DNA of 63,611 nucleotides, filler included, from Folioceros fuciformis (lineage: Eukaryota): the NCBI GenBank assembly GCA_049999805.1. It is 9 parts of 9 records of this genome, joined end to end, with 100 filler letters (N's around TTAATTAATTAA, not from the genome) between each part and the next. Parts side by side here need not be neighbours in the genome. Positions count along the whole stretch, not along the records: positions 61,453 to 63,611 come from JBNGIO010005838.1; 8 more parts are not named here. The stretch is one strand, 5' to 3'. The notes below the pieces were generated by a model. It made no database searches and was not told where the DNA came from. It saw only the letters and a program-made list of their open reading frames with translations. Shown one piece after another: positions 61,353 through 63,611 of the stretch (positions are counted from its first letter, which is position 1; each line of letters begins with the position of its first letter). A program made the translations under genes and the position numbers.

Positions 61353-61452
61353 NNNNNNNNNNNNNNNNNNNNNNNNNNNNNNNNNNNNNNNNNNNNTTAA
61401 TTAATTAANNNNNNNNNNNNNNNNNNNNNNNNNNNNNNNNNNNNNNNNNNNN

Positions 61453-63611
61453 CCTTCAGCAATTCGTCATAGTTGTCCTTCAGCAACTTGTCAAGGGGAC
61501 AGGGAGTTGGAGAGGTTGTGTATGGACTGCAATCAGCCAGGGCATATGGAAGGCAGTGTTCTTTGTCAACCACTGAAGAAGCACGTGGGAATTACTCAAC
61601 CTCCAATTACAGCAACCCAACCATCCATGGGGCAAAATTCAGTACCAGAGATGCATGTCCAGAATACACTCATGGCGGTGTGGGAGGATGCTGAAGCCAA
61701 CATGCTGAGAAGTTTGGAGGGCTTGGAGGACCTGGACAGTGGGTACTACGAGGAGACACCAGCTATGGATGTCCGAACGCGGAGGGAGAAACAGGATGCC
61801 AACAAAAAGGTGGATGCTTTCAGGAGAGGAGAACGGGTGAAGGGGAAGGGCAAGACCGAGCGAGGTAGTCGAGAGACAACGCCGGTAGCGGAAACCCCAA
61901 CCCTGGTAGCTGAAGAGGTGGTAGTGGAGGCGCCTGCGACCCGACATTCTGGTGCAGCAACCCAGCCAAGCGGACCAATGGGCAATCATACGGGTCTGGA
62001 GAATGAGGAGCGAAGCATGGACGTTGCAGCAAATGTTAGTGGCAAGGAGCAAGAACCAAGGAGTTCAGAAACAATTGTACTAGTTTCTGGTCATCCTGAT
62101 TCCACTACTTCAGTACCTGATTCCACTATCGCGGTACCTGAAGGAGCCACCAAGGTTGCTAAAGCACGGGTTAGTACAAGTGCTAAGAAGGGGAGAGGAC
62201 AGGTAGACGAGGCCTTCAATTTGGCCAAGGCTGTCATAGACCACAAGCTCATGGTGACATTAGGACAGCTTCTCCAAGACAACCCGCGATTCCGCCAGCA
62301 AATTCGGAGAGCATTGAAGGCAGCCCAACCCAAGAAGAAGAGGAGTCTCCCCAAGCTAAGGAAGAGGCCACTTGCTGTGAACCTAGTGGTCATGGCTGAT
62401 CAAGGCCCTGTAGAGTTGCAAATAGAGATCTCGGGGTGTATAATTAAGAAGGTACTGCTGGACACTGGTTCTGGGGTCAACATCATGACGGAGGATACAG
62501 CCCGGAAGCTGGGGCTGGAGATACAACACACGGCTAGGGTGTTGCGACTTGCAGATATGTCTAGGATGGCATCTGTAGGGGAGATTACTGGAGCGTTGAC
62601 ACATATTGGTACCGTTCCGTACCACATGGACTATGTGGTCATCAAACAGAAAGCTCCTGGATATGATGTGTTGATTGGCCGAACGTGGATGTATGGAGCG
62701 CGTTGCACCTTCGAGTGGGGAAGGAAGGAAGTAAGCTTCAGACCTCTGGACTGGGATCCCAAGGATAAGGAGGGAAGGACATGCTTATCCTGGAGTTGGG
62801 ACCCGCATGCAGGAGAAACACCTATGGAGACCAATGGTTACACTTCTGCAGAAGACACGGTTGGAGGGGAGAATGAGAAAGAGAGGTTCCCATTTGCCCA
62901 CATTTCTTGGTCGGATGAGGAGAGGAACTACCAAAGGAACATCCCCCACCTGGTGAGTTGTTATGGAGTGACAGTTGACTGCACTGTTGCAAAAGTTACT
63001 ACCAAGGTAGCCGAAGGAACTACTGAGGTAGCCGAAGGGACTACTGAGGTAGTGGAAGGAGGAACGCCAGTCGTAGACAGTGGTGGGACGGATGCAGAAG
63101 GTGCTGAGACAGTAGCTGAACAGGGGGGCAGACTACCAAACCAAGATCCTGAAGAGCTTGAAGAGGCCTGCAAACATGTGAACACTGATTTTATCTCACG
63201 GCTGAAGATGGAGGAGGAAGCTTGTGACAAGGAGGAGGATTTTTCCGATGAAGCTCTGTTCGCAGCAGGGTCAGAGGAGGAAGCGGTTGCACCGACTGTG
63301 AAGATAACGAGCAATGGCAGTGCAGCAGAAAATGAGAAGGGGAGACCTACCAGGCCTATTTACATTGCACTAGATATCTGAGTTCTTGGAGTTGGGGGGG
63401 GCAGTCCCTCATATCTTTGGAAGCAACAACAACATGCCTTGGGGCTGGACGGGAGAGAAAGGCTGTGGGTAATGGAGGCACAAATCCTGCAGGTGCTGAC
63501 TGATTTACACAAAGGAGGGGAGCCTAACCACATGACTGGTGAGGGGAGTCAGCTGGACAGACTAGTTAGCCTGGTGAGACACATAGAAGACAGAGGACAA
63601 GCACTGGCTGT
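61453..63611 (+). mobile_element. Ty3/gypsy derivative: gag tail, PR, RT/RNaseH absent, degenerate integrase start
   Basis: CMDCNQPGH knuckle, LLDTGSGVNIMTEDTA, YDVLIGRTW colinear with 47972-51067, then jumps to HVNTDFISRL. Confidence 0.88.

Overview
Land-plant nuclear DNA. Short 80-125 bp introns, GC-rich genes and a long homogeneous PLS-type PPR suggest a non-seed plant (inference only). The window is not contiguous: nine scaffolds are joined by artificial 100-bp spacers (N44-TTAATTAATTAA-N44), and there are five internal 100-N gaps. One gene-rich scaffold (19537-35349) carries a single-DUF26/Gnk2-like secreted protein, a frameshifted PLS-E+ PPR gene head-to-head with a 10-exon IWS1, a group-B-like fasciclin arabinogalactan gene and an intronless RAD51B. 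The next scaffold has the 5' part of a CYP71-clan P450 and a MULE remnant. The rest is nested Ty1/copia and Ty3/gypsy retrotransposons plus large TGTGG..CCACA LTRs, found only inside other elements. Best candidates for novelty: (1) a copia lineage with an extra ~200-codon ORF between PBS and gag, seen in two diverged elements, apparently with TA-ending LTRs; (2) a gypsy element whose RT-RNaseH is deleted in frame; (3) an ~8 x 70-bp array built from the RAD51B start-codon region, creating serial uORFs. No database searches were possible; family calls rest on motif recognition.
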